From an uncultured delta proteobacterium (GTDB lineage: Bacteria; Desulfobacterota; Syntrophia; Syntrophales; UBA2185), in NCBI GenBank assembly GCA_963695875.1, contig CAVOID010000003.1, forward strand, positions 64,001 to 128,000: a stretch of 64,000 nt of DNA, in the 5' to 3' direction. The translations under genes and the position numbers were made by a program. Below, piece by piece: positions 33,107-43,617 of the stretch (within the stretch, counting starts at the first letter, position 1; each line of letters begins with the position of its first letter). Below the pieces are notes generated by a model. The model worked only from the letters and a program-made list of their open reading frames with translations. It was not told the origin of the DNA and did no database searches.

Positions 33107-33938
33107 CTATGCCAATTTCAGTTTCTTGAAGGATTCCACCTGCCCTCGGATACCCCTTTCAGTGGGCAGGCGCTCTATACTTGACGCTCCAAAGAAACCG
33201 GCAATGCCCGGCATGCGTCTTAAAGCCTTTCCGACACTATCGGGTTCGTCAAACGGCCCTCCATGGCAAATTACAATAATATCTTTGCGAACCTTGCGCC
33301 CGACCTCTGCGATCTCCATAACCCTAGCAATTGCATCATCCAAAGTCAGAGCAACGGCTGCCCCGATGCTTCCCGAAGTTGTAAGCCCAACGTGAGCTAC
33401 CAGTTGATCAGCGCCGGCCTTGGCCATTTCTTTGGCCTGGTCTGGTGTCAAATACGTAAGGGGAGGTAAACATGTCAAGTCCGTGTGCCAATCTGATGGT
33501 TTCTATTTCCTTGTCGTAACCCATGCCGGTGGCTTCCAGGTTGGCGCGGAAGTTACCATCAATCAGGCCAACGGTAGGGAAGTTTTGCACTCCGGAAAAA
33601 CCAATGTCTTTTAGCTGTTTAAGGAATACCGGCATCAGGCGAAATGGATCAGTGCCGCAAACACCGGCCAACACCGGAGTGTCCTTGACTACTGGCAGCA
33701 CTTCAGATGCCATTTCAACGACAATGGCGTTAGCGTCACCATAAGACATTAAACCAGCTAAAGAGCCCCGACCAGCCATACGGTAACGTCCAGAATTGTA
33801 AATGATTATGATGTCAGCTCCGCCAGCTTCAGCGAATTTAGCTGAGATGCCGGTGCCGGCACCACAGCCGACGATGGGCTTACCCGCCTTTATTTGGGAA
33901 TGCAGGCGTTTTAATATTTCTTTACGAGGGATTGCCAT
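33107..33938 (-). CDS. Phosphoenolpyruvate-hydrolase-like TIM-barrel protein (Tm-1 C-terminal homolog; frameshift near 33435)
   Basis: [54 protein letters not shown]. Confidence 0.88.
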
Positions 33939-33971
33939 GGAAATTATCTCCTTTCCTTTTTTAAAATATTG

Positions 33972-35183
33972 TTACTTTTTAAGCATTTTTAGGAGTACAT
34001 CGGCCACTTTCTCAGAGAATTCAGGATCATTGATGTTATGGTTAATCTCAAGGTACGGGATGCCCGGTTTCAAATTCTTTTTGATGGTATCGAAGCAGGC
34101 CCGATCAGCCTCGGGATCCCAGAAAGTACCTCCCTCGCTATCCAGCATGGATACGCCTTTAAGCGGAACAAGAACAGCAACCGATGCCGTGGCAGCGTTG
34201 GCCGCGGCAGCTAACATCTCACCCATACGAATGTTTTCCTCGACATTCGTACGCAGCAGGGTAACATTGGGATTCCACTTGTAGAGATTGCGCCCCCTGT
34301 ACTTTTCGGGAACCGTTTCTATACCCCAGAAATTAGCCATATCCACGCAACCTGGAACAAGCACAGCAGGGATGCCGGTACGTGATGCGGCTAAGCAACG
34401 CTCAGGTCCGGCATTAAATACACCGCCACACACCTCGTCGGCCAATTCAGTGGTGGTGATATCCATAGAGGCCGTAATATAGCCATCGGTTATGAGGCTT
34501 TCCATTGTCTTTCCCCCGCTGCCAGTTGCGTGAAAGACGAGTACTTCATAGCCATTCTTCTCAAGGATGCCGCGCGCATGGTCGACGCACTTTGTGGTGT
34601 TGCCGAACATTGATGCCACAACCAATGGTTTTTCCTCAGCCGCCTTGGGCCTTTTTACCTTTACCATTCCTGCGATGGCACCGGCTGCATTCGCATAGAT
34701 GACTCGGCTGATCCTATTGATGCCCGCCACGTCCACGATGGAAGGAATGAATGTTATATCTTTTGTACCGGTATAAGCACTGACATCGCCTCCTCCCACC
34801 GTGGAGACCATGACCTTCGGTACGCCCACCGGCAGTGTTCGCATGGCAGCCGTTATAATCGACGTACCTCCGGTACCCCCCATACCTATGATTCCGTCAA
34901 GCTTGCCCTGTTCATAAAGCTTGCGTACTATTACCGCCAACCCGGTAGCCATGACCTTCATCGCCTCATCCTTATGATCACCTGAGGCTAAGTAGGAAAG
35001 ATCTCCGCCACCGGCTTTTGCGACTTTTTGACGGCCGATATCAGGCTTAAAGGCCGGTTTCCCCTGAACACCGAAATCGACCACCAAGGTTTCGATGTTC
35101 TGCTTTTCAATCAATTCCTTTATGAAGGCGTATTCCTTGCCTTTCGTGTCGAGTGATCCTACTATGACAACTGATTTTGACAT
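33972..35183 (-). CDS. Tm-1-like ATP-binding domain protein (UPF0261)
   Basis: GSLDTKGKE, GGTGGT, LPVGVPKVMVST, MFGNTT, VFHATGSGG, DITTTE, DMANF. Confidence 0.9.
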   Translation of the reverse strand: MSKSVVIVGSLDTKGKEYAFIKELIEKQNIETLVVDFGVQGKPAFKPDIGRQKVAKAGGGDLSYLASGDHKDEAMKVMATGLAVIVRKLYEQGKLDGIIGMGGTGGTSIITAAMRTLPVGVPKVMVSTVGGGDVSAYTGTKDITFIPSIVDVAGINRISRVIYANAAGAIAGMVKVKRPKAAEEKPLVVASMFGNTTKCVDHARGILEKNGYEVLVFHATGSGGKTMESLITDGYITASMDITTTELADEVCGGVFNAGPERCLAASRTGIPAVLVPGCVDMANFWGIETVPEKYRGRNLYKWNPNVTLLRTNVEENIRMGEMLAAAANAATASVAVLVPLKGVSMLDSEGGTFWDPEADRACFDTIKKNLKPGIPYLEINHNINDPEFSEKVADVLLKMLKK

Positions 35184-35601
35184 ATTACCCCCCTCCTTTT
35201 TTTGTTATTCGATTGTTTGTTCAGATTACCGATTAAATATCGCGGCAACATCTTTTGGGCCGAGTAGATCAGGTTTATTATTGTAATTAACAGGTTACAT
35301 GTAATATTTTCTGCTATAGATAGCGGTAAAGTGGGAAATTTTTACTATATTAGAATTTGTAGCAGATAATAATATCAATTTCCACTCAAATACTTGCGTC
35401 TTTGCAATATTTAGATTTAATTATTACCGTTGCTGAGGATTACTGATTGAAAGTTTGTATCTCTTAGTATCTCCCACAAATTAACGACTAAAGGAAGACA
35501 TGCTCATTCAGTATGGAAGTGATGAGAAGGTATCGTTTGTATGAAGAGGGGTTACTGTATGCGATATGCCTTATGCAGCATCTATCTGTAACACGTAGAT
35601 G

Positions 35602-36702
35602 CTAAAAGGGCTGCATATCGAGCGGCTGTACCGGCTCAGTAAAATAGCGATGGAATGAAGTGGGTAGCAGGCGATAGTCCGCCTCCAGTGCTCCGGGCGG
35701 GAAGGGCCGGGAGTTTTTCGTATGCCAGAAGAGCATGGGTCCATGACCGTCGCTCCGCGCATCTGCAATGAATGCCGCGCAGGCCTTACCTGTGTAAGTA
35801 CCATCAAGTGCAATCCCATCGCTTTCCAGAAGAAGTGCCACTGCCACCATGGCTTCTGGAGTAAACACGCCGTATTTTTCGCCAAAATATTCATGGCACA
35901 TCGTGAGTTCCTCCGGCTCTACCTTACACAATGGGAAGGATGGTTCCAGTTCACAGAGTAGCTCATTGGTTTCACGAAAAAGGATGCGGCATTTGTCCAT
36001 ATCGGCCACGTGGGTGGGCACCACGCGTACAGCACGAAGATGTGTCTTGACCCCTGCTGCCTTTAATCCAAGCAACAGCCCAGCGGTCGTTCCCATGGTG
36101 CCAAGAGCAAGGAAGATACGGGATGGCAGGGGAATCTCGCCTGCGGCGATCTGTTCGGCCAGTTCAAATCCTGCGTTCACGTAGCCGATCGCTCCTACTG
36201 GCGAAGAACCGCCGAGCGGTATGATATAGGGCTCTCTACCATCGGCAACCTCATAATGTCGAACGGCCTCCTCAAATGCCTGCACGTGTTCCTGGTAGGT
36301 GTCGTGGTGAAAGAGTTCAGCTTTGCTATAAAGATCCATGAGCAGATTGTCCCGTACTGCATGGGAATTAGGTTGTTGGTAGAGCATAAGCACGGCCTGC
36401 AATCCCACTTGTTTTGCATAGAGCGCTGTAGCCAAGGCATGATTCGATCCGGCCCCGCCGGAGGTGATGATCTTCTTTGCACCACGCTTCTGTGCATCCG
36501 CCAGCAGGAATTCTAACTTTCGCACCTTGTTGCCTCCGTAAGAGCGGCTGCTCAGGTCATCACGTTTGATGTACAGGTTGTTTCTATTTATACGTCGACA
36601 GAGACCCGTAAGCTTTTCCGCGGGCGTCGGAAAGTCGCCAAACGCTAGCCGGGGCAGTCTCTTGGCAAGGAGAGGATATCTTTCAAACAGGGGGATCATC
36701 AT
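35602..36702 (-). CDS. D-cysteine desulfhydrase/ACC deaminase-family PLP enzyme
   Basis: YIKRDD, GGNKVRKLEFLL, SNHA, GTMGT, LDGTYTGKA; ATGA overlap with upstream gene. Confidence 0.88.
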   Translation of the reverse strand: MMIPLFERYPLLAKRLPRLAFGDFPTPAEKLTGLCRRINRNNLYIKRDDLSSRSYGGNKVRKLEFLLADAQKRGAKKIITSGGAGSNHALATALYAKQVGLQAVLMLYQQPNSHAVRDNLLMDLYSKAELFHHDTYQEHVQAFEEAVRHYEVADGREPYIIPLGGSSPVGAIGYVNAGFELAEQIAAGEIPLPSRIFLALGTMGTTAGLLLGLKAAGVKTHLRAVRVVPTHVADMDKCRILFRETNELLCELEPSFPLCKVEPEELTMCHEYFGEKYGVFTPEAMVAVALLLESDGIALDGTYTGKACAAFIADARSDGHGPMLFWHTKNSRPFPPGALEADYRLLPTSFHRYFTEPVQPLDMQPF

Positions 36703-37502
36703 GCCATCAGTTCTCCTCGGCAGATCATCCAAAAATCGTCTGAGAGATTTCTGTCTGCAAGATACTTATAAGGCATGGTAAAATAGCCTTTAATACCCCA
36801 TGATGTTCCCCAAGAATTGCGTACGATGAACCGCTGCCGGGAATCATTGTAGCCAACGGCCATTACTGCATGCCCGCCCATTACCTGCTCGCTGCGTTTT
36901 GGCATATTCACTATGCCGGTACGCGCCACCTCCGGAGATTCGAAACTCTCATACACTGTGAATCCAAAGACAAACGGGAACCCTTCGGCCAGGCATGCGC
37001 GCATCTCGTCCAGCGTGAGAATGCGGTGATAAGAGATTATCTGGTGCTTCAAGGCTTCCTTATAGCATGCAGCACTCGGCTTTACAGTGAATTTACTTAT
37101 CTTATAAGGCCATCTCTTCTCTGAACACACGCCTTGTTTAGCGAGGGTCTTGATTCCGTCACGGAGCATGGCGCCGGAGTCGGATTTGATAGTATGTTCA
37201 AGGGCACGCTCATTGTAGTAAATAAAGAGCCTGCTGAAATCCATAAAAGGGACCTTATCCTTTCGTTCCAGAAATTCCAATGCCCCTGCAAGGGCATTGG
37301 CTGTGCAACTGCCCAATTGTCCCTGGTCTTCGATTTCTGAACAAAGCCTTCTCAGGTCTACGGAAGGGGGCAGCTTGGCAGGTATGCGGAGTATAGCACT
37401 GAGCAGATAGTCGCGCTGATCCGGTACATCAGGCACCCATCCATAGCCTAGTTTCTTAATTTTACTCTTCTTTGATTTAGATACTCCTTTCTTTGCTGCC
37501 AT
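36699..37502 (-). CDS. C1 (papain-like) cysteine peptidase
   Basis: DQGQLGSCTANA, GGHAVMAVGY, RNSWG catalytic motifs. Confidence 0.92.
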   Translation of the reverse strand: MAAKKGVSKSKKSKIKKLGYGWVPDVPDQRDYLLSAILRIPAKLPPSVDLRRLCSEIEDQGQLGSCTANALAGALEFLERKDKVPFMDFSRLFIYYNERALEHTIKSDSGAMLRDGIKTLAKQGVCSEKRWPYKISKFTVKPSAACYKEALKHQIISYHRILTLDEMRACLAEGFPFVFGFTVYESFESPEVARTGIVNMPKRSEQVMGGHAVMAVGYNDSRQRFIVRNSWGTSWGIKGYFTMPYKYLADRNLSDDFWMICRGELMA

Positions 37503-37765
37503 AAGTACCTCCTTTTGGATGTAGATTCATGACTCTATTAAACCAAAACATCTTCTAAACCCAGGATTTCTTCGCACTGTAAAAAATCTCTCTGGTCAAA
37601 CATAATATGAAATATATACCGAGTTCTAAATGATTAAACAATATTTGAAGCAACCTTATAGTGTTTCTTAAAAAGTGCAATACTGAAAAAATACAGTTAT
37701 AATACGAGCATAAACCCGTATTACAGGAGAATAACAGAGAATGGCTATCTTTCAAACATGGTGGA

Positions 37766-38619
37766 TTATGCTAATTCAACCATGTATTCGACAATAAACT
37801 TTATTGCTTCTGCTGCACCTAACGGTAAAGAAATGTCCTGCTCACGCGGAACTTTGTAATCACGAGGATTAATTCGAATCAGAGTCGCGTTATGGGCTCT
37901 CGCCGCCTGTTCTGAGAGGTTGCGAACCGTTGAAACCGCGTTTCCCGCTCCGATTTCAACAATCGCAATATGTAAGCCTTTGGTAGATACTTCCTGGAGC
38001 CATCTGAGGAGTCTTCCCCTCTGAAGATCTGTTCGTCTGTGCATTCCACGACCAGTCACCGAACATCAGGATATTGGGCCGGGCGTATCTCGCCGCAGTT
38101 TCTGCAGCGGGGAAGGGGTTCCAGCGCCTCAAACATTTCTTCGTCTACATTCACATTGATTTCGCTCGCATCCCAGATATCATCGCTGCACGGCCGAATG
38201 CACTGAAAATAATGGATGGATCCGTGACATTCTTCGATCTGGCTGTCGTCATATCCGGCCTTCTGAAACTGTCCGTCTACGTTGGATGTAAAGACGAAAT
38301 ATCCTCCGTTTTTCTGTCGAGCTATGTCGAGCAATTGTGTGAACCCGGTGTGGGGTGCGGTTCTTCTGTAAAGGTTGAGGCGGTGTCCGTAAAACGCCCA
38401 TGCCAGTTTGGGATCGCGGTGAAACCAATGGGGGTTTGCCATCTCGACAAAGGATTTGCCCAGTTTTGCTATTGGTGGATATGCTTTCCAGAATCCTTCA
38501 TTGCCTCTGAAGTCCGGCAGTCCTGAATCAACGCCAATACCGGCTCCCGCAGATATCAGAAGCGCATCCGCATTTTTCAGTATTTTTGCAGCCTTTATCA
38601 AACTCTTTCTGAATGTCAT
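37766..38619 (-). CDS. Sir2-family NAD-dependent deacylase (frameshifted)
   Basis: GAGIGVDSGLPDFRG, TSNVDG, HGSI, zinc-binding Cys pairs, EIGAG, RINP. Confidence 0.88.
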
Positions 38620-38679
38620 CGGCTAACAAAGAAAGTCAAAATAGAATTTAGGTCGAATTGGCGATTTATTCAGAAAACA

Positions 38680-38710
38680 AAAGGGGCTCTTGATTTCTCA
38701 GAGCCCCTTT
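38680..38710 (-). terminator. Intrinsic terminator
   Basis: AAAGGGGCTCT/AGAGCCCCTTT 11-bp stem followed by a T-rich tract on the minus strand. Confidence 0.8.
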
Positions 38711-38747
38711 CGAATGATTTCTTATACGAAGATAAGGATGAAGTAAG

Positions 38748-38977
38748 TTATTTCTTTCGGTTCTTCCTTCTTCATCTTCTTCCTTCTTCTCTTCCTTCTT
38801 CTCTGCCTTCTTAGCCTTCTTGGCCTTCTTTACCTTCTTCTTCTCTTCCTTAGCCGGCTTCTTCTCTTCCATCTTCTTCTCTTCCTTTGGTGCTGCCGCC
38901 GGAGCCTGTGCGAAGCAGAGACCGGTCATAGAAAGTGCAAAGAGAATAGAAATAATAATTGACATCAGTTTCTTCAT
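38748..38977 (-). CDS. Small exported Lys/Glu/Ala-rich low-complexity protein (3' end approximate)
   Basis: AAGGAGGT RBS, signal peptide ending CFA-Q, KEEKK repeats; a terminator inside the ORF-track tail implies an earlier true stop. Confidence 0.75.
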
Positions 38978-39014
38978 TCATTTCACCTCCTTTCGGTTAG
39001 TTTTCTTCTAATTT

Positions 39015-39030
39015 AGCAAGATCTATTCCA
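39015..39030 (-). promoter_or_regulatory. Sigma54 (-24/-12) promoter
   Basis: TGGAATAGATCTTGCT, GG-N10-GC, about 40 bp upstream of ATG 38977. Confidence 0.75.
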
Positions 39031-39168
39031 CAATAAAAATAAATAAAAACTATCAGTGATAATAATATGTTACTAAAATGTCAGAATGGAATATGCCTTC
39101 TCCACTGAGGAAGTATTCCCCTTCCTTTGGGGAATAATTCCCTAACGGGAAGGTGACATTGATGTTAA

Positions 39169-39682
39169 TCATGACCACTTGTTGTGATGAATTCTTGAGG
39201 AATCAAATCGAACTGCAGGAGGTTTATCTTCTGCAGGATAACCGATGGGAATAATAGCTAGCGGTATTACATTATCAGGAATATTCAGGAGTTTTCTTAT
39301 GCCATCAACACGTTCTGTTCTTGGGTAGATACCAAGCCAGACTGTTCCCAATCCTTTCGCCTGGGCGGCAATAAGAATATTTTCTGTCGCTGCGGAACAA
39401 TCCTGTATCCAGAAATCCTTATGGACCTCTAGTTTTAGGTCCCCGCAAACCAGAATTGCCACTGAGGCCGTATTCAGTGCCTGAGAGTACGGATGGATCT
39501 TGGGAATTTCATCGAGGATTTTCCGGTCTTTGATAACAATGAAATGCCAGGGCTGTTCGTTGCCAGCCGATGGAGCACTCATGGCAGCTTCCAATATTTC
39601 TTTCACAACACTGTCAGGCACCTGTTTGTTTGTGTATTTACGAATGCTCCTTCTTGAAAGAATTGTCTTCCATCGCGTCCAT
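39169..39682 (-). CDS. Nitroreductase family protein (frameshift just after the start)
   Basis: ILSRRSIRKY, APSAGNEQPW, GLGTVWLG, IGYP. Confidence 0.9.
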
Positions 39683-39714
39683 TTACATCACCTCATTTCT
39701 TTCTATAAATTTAT

Positions 39715-40104
39715 CTATCGGCGGCCGTTACAATCAGATTTGCCTTTGCCATAACTCCCTGTCTCTTCGCTTTTGAGAGTGCCCCCTTCAAAAGTGAGAA
39801 CGTAAATGAAATCATTTTCCCCACAATTATAATACCACTTTTCAACCGGTTTCTTTTTTTCCTTCGATAAGTACGTGCGTTTGGCATCACTGCTCTCATC
39901 TTTCTCCTTTTCGACTGTCCTGTAATGCTTGCCTTTTTTAACCTTTACCTTTTCCTTCGAGGTAGGTTTGCCGCATTCCGAGAGTACCTTCACCTTCGAG
40001 TCTCCGACACTGACAAAACCGTCACCGCATCTAAAGGCAAAACAATCAACACTTCCTGATATAAAGGATGCTACGAACAATATTAAAATAATTTTTTTTG
40101 TCAT
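39715..40104 (-). CDS. DUF2845-like exported protein
   Basis: Signal peptide, FRCG...VGD...CGKP, WYYNCG, LTFEGG. Confidence 0.75.
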   Translation of the reverse strand: MTKKIILILFVASFISGSVDCFAFRCGDGFVSVGDSKVKVLSECGKPTSKEKVKVKKGKHYRTVEKEKDESSDAKRTYLSKEKKKPVEKWYYNCGENDFIYVLTFEGGTLKSEETGSYGKGKSDCNGRR

Positions 40105-40254
40105 AAAGGATTATCTCTCCTAATCTCTGATTACGCTCAGTACTTGAAAAGAGGCATCATATAATTTGAGAGCAGTGGCAGATCGTTTTCAAAGCATACC
40201 CATGCATCTGCCATTCGTTACAAAGCATTTAAGTTATTGCCTTGCACTAAGGCA

Positions 40255-40419
40255 TTAACTTTTCCTGCTGGTCTTGGTCGTAAACAGGGAGATCTGCTGT
40301 TTTACCTTCTTGCTTTTGCATTTCGGACATGTGACTTTGCCTTTATCATGTTCGCTGAAACTCTGTATCAATGAAAACTCTTTTTTGCAGGCTTCGCAGA
40401 GATACTCATACGTTGGCAT
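40255..40419 (-). CDS. FmdB-family zinc-ribbon protein, 54 aa (below ORF-track cutoff)
   Basis: Translated by hand: MPTYEYLCEACKKEF...VTCPKCKSKKV...SRKS; GGAGGTG RBS. Confidence 0.88.
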   Translation of the reverse strand: MPTYEYLCEACKKEFSLIQSFSEHDKGKVTCPKCKSKKVKQQISLFTTKTSRKS

Positions 40420-40583
40420 GTTTCTCACCTCCATATTAGAATTATTGATATTGCTATTTTTGATTTATATTTTAATTAAATAGGATATATTGTCAAGCAT
40501 TGTAGATGAAAAAATAAAAAATATTGCATGTCTTTCGTCATAACATTCTTCTCATACAAGCCGAAAGGAGCTCTCAAAATACT

Positions 40584-41040
40584 ATGTCCAGGATATTAAT
40601 TATATATCACTCGCAGACAGGAAACACTGAAAAGATGGCTTATGCTGTCACAGACGGCGCCAGGATAATTGAAAATACGGAGGTTGTCCTGAAAAGAGCG
40701 CAGGATGCTACCCTCGATGATCTTTTAGGATCGGACGGATTAGCTATCGGTACACCGGAAAACTTTGGTTATATGTCAGGCATGGTCAAGGATTTTTTTG
40801 ACAGGACATTTTATCCCGCCCAGGATCAAGTTTTCAGAAAACCGTATGTCGTTTTTATCAGTGCGGGTAACGACGGCACCGGTGCTCTCAGAGCCATCGA
40901 GCGTATCGCGCAGGGCTACAAATTTAAAATGGTGTATGAACCTGTCATCTCCAGAGGGAAAGTTAACCGAGGATGACCTTGCAAAGTGTCGTGAACTGGG
41001 AAGTGTTCTCGCGGCCGGATGTCAGGCGGGAATTTATTAA
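40584..41040 (+). CDS. Flavodoxin/WrbA-like protein (frameshift near the C-terminus)
   Basis: YHSQTGNTEKMA, GTPENFGYMSG, CRELG. Confidence 0.85.
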
Positions 41041-42081
41041 AGTCAGTCTTAAGACTACTCTTTGCGGCTCAATGACCACCTTGAGAGAATCTCCACCTTC
41101 CGCAACGAGCTGGAACCCGATCCCGGTTTTTTCCAGAGGCAATCGATGGGTGATCATCTTATTTACGGGCACACGGCCGGATCTGATAAGCTCTATGGCA
41201 ACTGCAGCATCTAGGGGGCTGTTTCCATATGACGGCATCATCTTTATTTCATTGCGCCAGAAATCATTTATGGGCACGGGCAACTCTACCCCGGGTTCCG
41301 TTGTGGCAAAGCATAGGATCGTTCCACCGCGATCCACGGACTTCAGGGCCTGCGTGAAAGCGGAAAGAACCCCGGCACAGACAACGACAAGATCGGCAAG
41401 TCTCCCATTATTGATCTGCCGGACACGCTCAGGGATGTCTTCTGAGGCGTGCATGACAGCATCCGCTCCGAATTCCCTCGCCATTTGCAGCCGATAGTCG
41501 CTGATATCCGTAGCAATAATACGTCCCGCCCCAAGGCTGCGAGCCACGAGCAGGTGGAGAAGTCCTGATATGCCACTGCCCAGAATGAGTATGGATTGAC
41601 CCGGCTGCAGATTTGCCACTCTCTGACCGCGGACGACACAGGCCAGCGGCTCGATGAAAACACCCTCTTCAAAGGAAACCCCAGCCGGTAGCAGAAACAC
41701 TCCGCGATCCACATTGAGCGCAGGCACTCTGATGTATTCGGCAAAGCCGCCGGGGTCATAATTTGTCGTGTGCAATGTCTCACAGGCTGTGTGATATCCG
41801 CTGAGGCAGTAGTGACAGGTATTGCAGGGGATATGGTGGGAAACGAAAACTCTGTCACCAATTTTATAACGCGACACTCCTTTCCCTGTCTCTGTTATCT
41901 CACCAGCGATTTCATGGCCTAAAACCAACGGCGCCTTCCGAATACGATACCACTCCATAACATCAGAGCCACATATACCGCTCGCTACAACCTTAACCAG
42001 AATCTCACCGGGGCCGATCTTGGGCGTTGGCATCTCTTCCAGCCTCACGTCCCTGTTGTTATAGTACATTGCCACACGCAT
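40963..42081 (-). CDS. Zinc-dependent medium-chain (polyol-type) dehydrogenase (3' end uncertain)
   Basis: GICGSD, LGHE, CxxCxxC..C, EPLAC, GSGISG. Confidence 0.9.
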   Translation of the reverse strand: MRVAMYYNNRDVRLEEMPTPKIGPGEILVKVVASGICGSDVMEWYRIRKAPLVLGHEIAGEITETGKGVSRYKIGDRVFVSHHIPCNTCHYCLSGYHTACETLHTTNYDPGGFAEYIRVPALNVDRGVFLLPAGVSFEEGVFIEPLACVVRGQRVANLQPGQSILILGSGISGLLHLLVARSLGAGRIIATDISDYRLQMAREFGADAVMHASEDIPERVRQINNGRLADLVVVCAGVLSAFTQALKSVDRGGTILCFATTEPGVELPVPINDFWRNEIKMMPSYGNSPLDAAVAIELIRSGRVPVNKMITHRLPLEKTGIGFQLVAEGGDSLKVVIEPQRVVLRLTLINSRLTSGRENTSQFTTLCKVILG

Positions 42082-42103
42082 CTTGCTTGACCGCTTTATC
42101 AAA

Positions 42104-42898
42104 TTATTTCTTCACCTTCTTGAGATCGTTAAACAACTTCCATGCTTCTTTCGCCGTACTATTTTCATGAATGATGGCTCGCAAAGCCCTTATCATGGCT
42201 ACCGGATAGGGATTCTGCCATACATTTCTCCCAAGATTTATACCTATCGCGCCTTTTTGCATGCCGTCATAGACAAACTCCATGACTTCAAGCTCAGTTT
42301 CACACTTTGGACCACCTGCCATGACTACGGGAACAGGGCAGCCACATACTACTTTGTCGAAGTCTTTACACCAGTAGGTTTTAACCACCCTCGCTCCAAG
42401 TTCGGCAGCGATCCGACAGCTCAGTGCAAGATATCTGGCATCCCGCTTTTCCAACTCCTTACCTACCGCCGTAACCGCCATTACGGGTATGCCGAAATCC
42501 TCACACTCGTTGACCAGCCCTGATAGGTTAGCCAATGATTCACGTTCATAGTCGCTGCCTACAAAGATAGAGATTCCTACAGCTGCTGCATTGAGGCGGA
42601 TAATCTCCTCTATGGAGGTGGTAATGCTTTCATTTGCCAGGTCCTTGCCGACCACACTGGTGCCTCCGGATACCCTGAGAATGACCGGTTTGCTCCCTGC
42701 GGGATCCACTGCCGAGCGTAATACACCCCTGGTTACAAATAGGGCATCACAATAGGGAAGGAGCGGCTTTATGGTTTCCCCCGGTTTCTCTAAACAGGAT
42801 GTCGGTCCCTGGAAATACCCGTGGTCTATAGGAAGGAAAAAACAACGGCCATCAGCCTGAATTAGTTGTGACATGCGGTTCTTCATTCCCCAATCCAT
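42104..42898 (-). CDS. lsrF: LsrF-like class I aldolase/thiolase
   Basis: DWGMKNR, DHGYFQGPT, RIAAELGARVVKTY, AGGPK, GRNVWQ. Confidence 0.85.
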   Translation of the reverse strand: MDWGMKNRMSQLIQADGRCFFLPIDHGYFQGPTSCLEKPGETIKPLLPYCDALFVTRGVLRSAVDPAGSKPVILRVSGGTSVVGKDLANESITTSIEEIIRLNAAAVGISIFVGSDYERESLANLSGLVNECEDFGIPVMAVTAVGKELEKRDARYLALSCRIAAELGARVVKTYWCKDFDKVVCGCPVPVVMAGGPKCETELEVMEFVYDGMQKGAIGINLGRNVWQNPYPVAMIRALRAIIHENSTAKEAWKLFNDLKKVKK

Positions 42899-43129
42899 AT
42901 TCAATTCCTCCTAAAACTGTTTTGGTATTATATATTAAAGGGATATTCTGCTTGACAAATATATTTTAATTATTAAATATTTTCAACACAAAGCTTAAAA
43001 ATACTTCGTTTACTGTCAGCGACTTACTCAAAGAGCAGAGAATTTGTCGTTTCGATCTGCGCCTTCACGGGAAGGATGAAAAATCCTTTAAAAGAGAGGA
43101 TGCAGTAAATCAGGGAAGAAGGGGATCGT

Positions 43130-43558
43130 ATGAAAAAGATACTCCTGGCTATTCTTCTAATTTACGGCTGTATTGGTCCGGTTATGACGCAAAGGGAAGC
43201 TATCGGTGGGAACACATCGTCGCCAGATAAGGTTCAGAAAAGCCTTGTCTTCAGGGACTCCGCAAAATCGATTGAAATAATTACCGGGCAGGAGTTTGCC
43301 ATTGAGCTGGATGCAAACGCAACGACGGGTTATCAATGGCAATTGGCCAAACCGCTGAACAAGCGCATCATAGAACTGTTAAGTACTGAATACCGGGTAT
43401 CTGAAACCGGTCTCGTTGGGGCCGGAGGTAAAGAAGTGTGGAAATTCAGTGCTGTAAACCAGGGGAAAACAATGATTTCCATGAAGTACATCCGGCCGTG
43501 GGAAAAAGATGTTCCCCCTGAAAAGAACGTTCAATTCCGGGTAGTGATCCGTCATTGA
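43130..43558 (+). CDS. Chagasin/I42 cysteine-protease inhibitor lipoprotein
   Basis: Lipobox IYGC; NATTGYQW, VGAGG, YIRPWE motifs. Confidence 0.88.
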   Translation: MKKILLAILLIYGCIGPVMTQREAIGGNTSSPDKVQKSLVFRDSAKSIEIITGQEFAIELDANATTGYQWQLAKPLNKRIIELLSTEYRVSETGLVGAGGKEVWKFSAVNQGKTMISMKYIRPWEKDVPPEKNVQFRVVIRH

Positions 43559-43617
43559 CAGCGCAAGCGTAGATAGGGCAAAATATACTAATTCGAACGC
43601 GGAGCCCAATATAAATA

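Noticed and set aside
2384..33938. Mass pseudogenisation or programmed frameshifting
   Set aside because: Essential genes are affected at arbitrary positions with motifs intact, so sequencing indels are more parsimonious.
37766..38619. Sir2 as an anti-phage NADase
   Set aside because: It has the zinc-binding classical sirtuin layout and no defence partner genes nearby.
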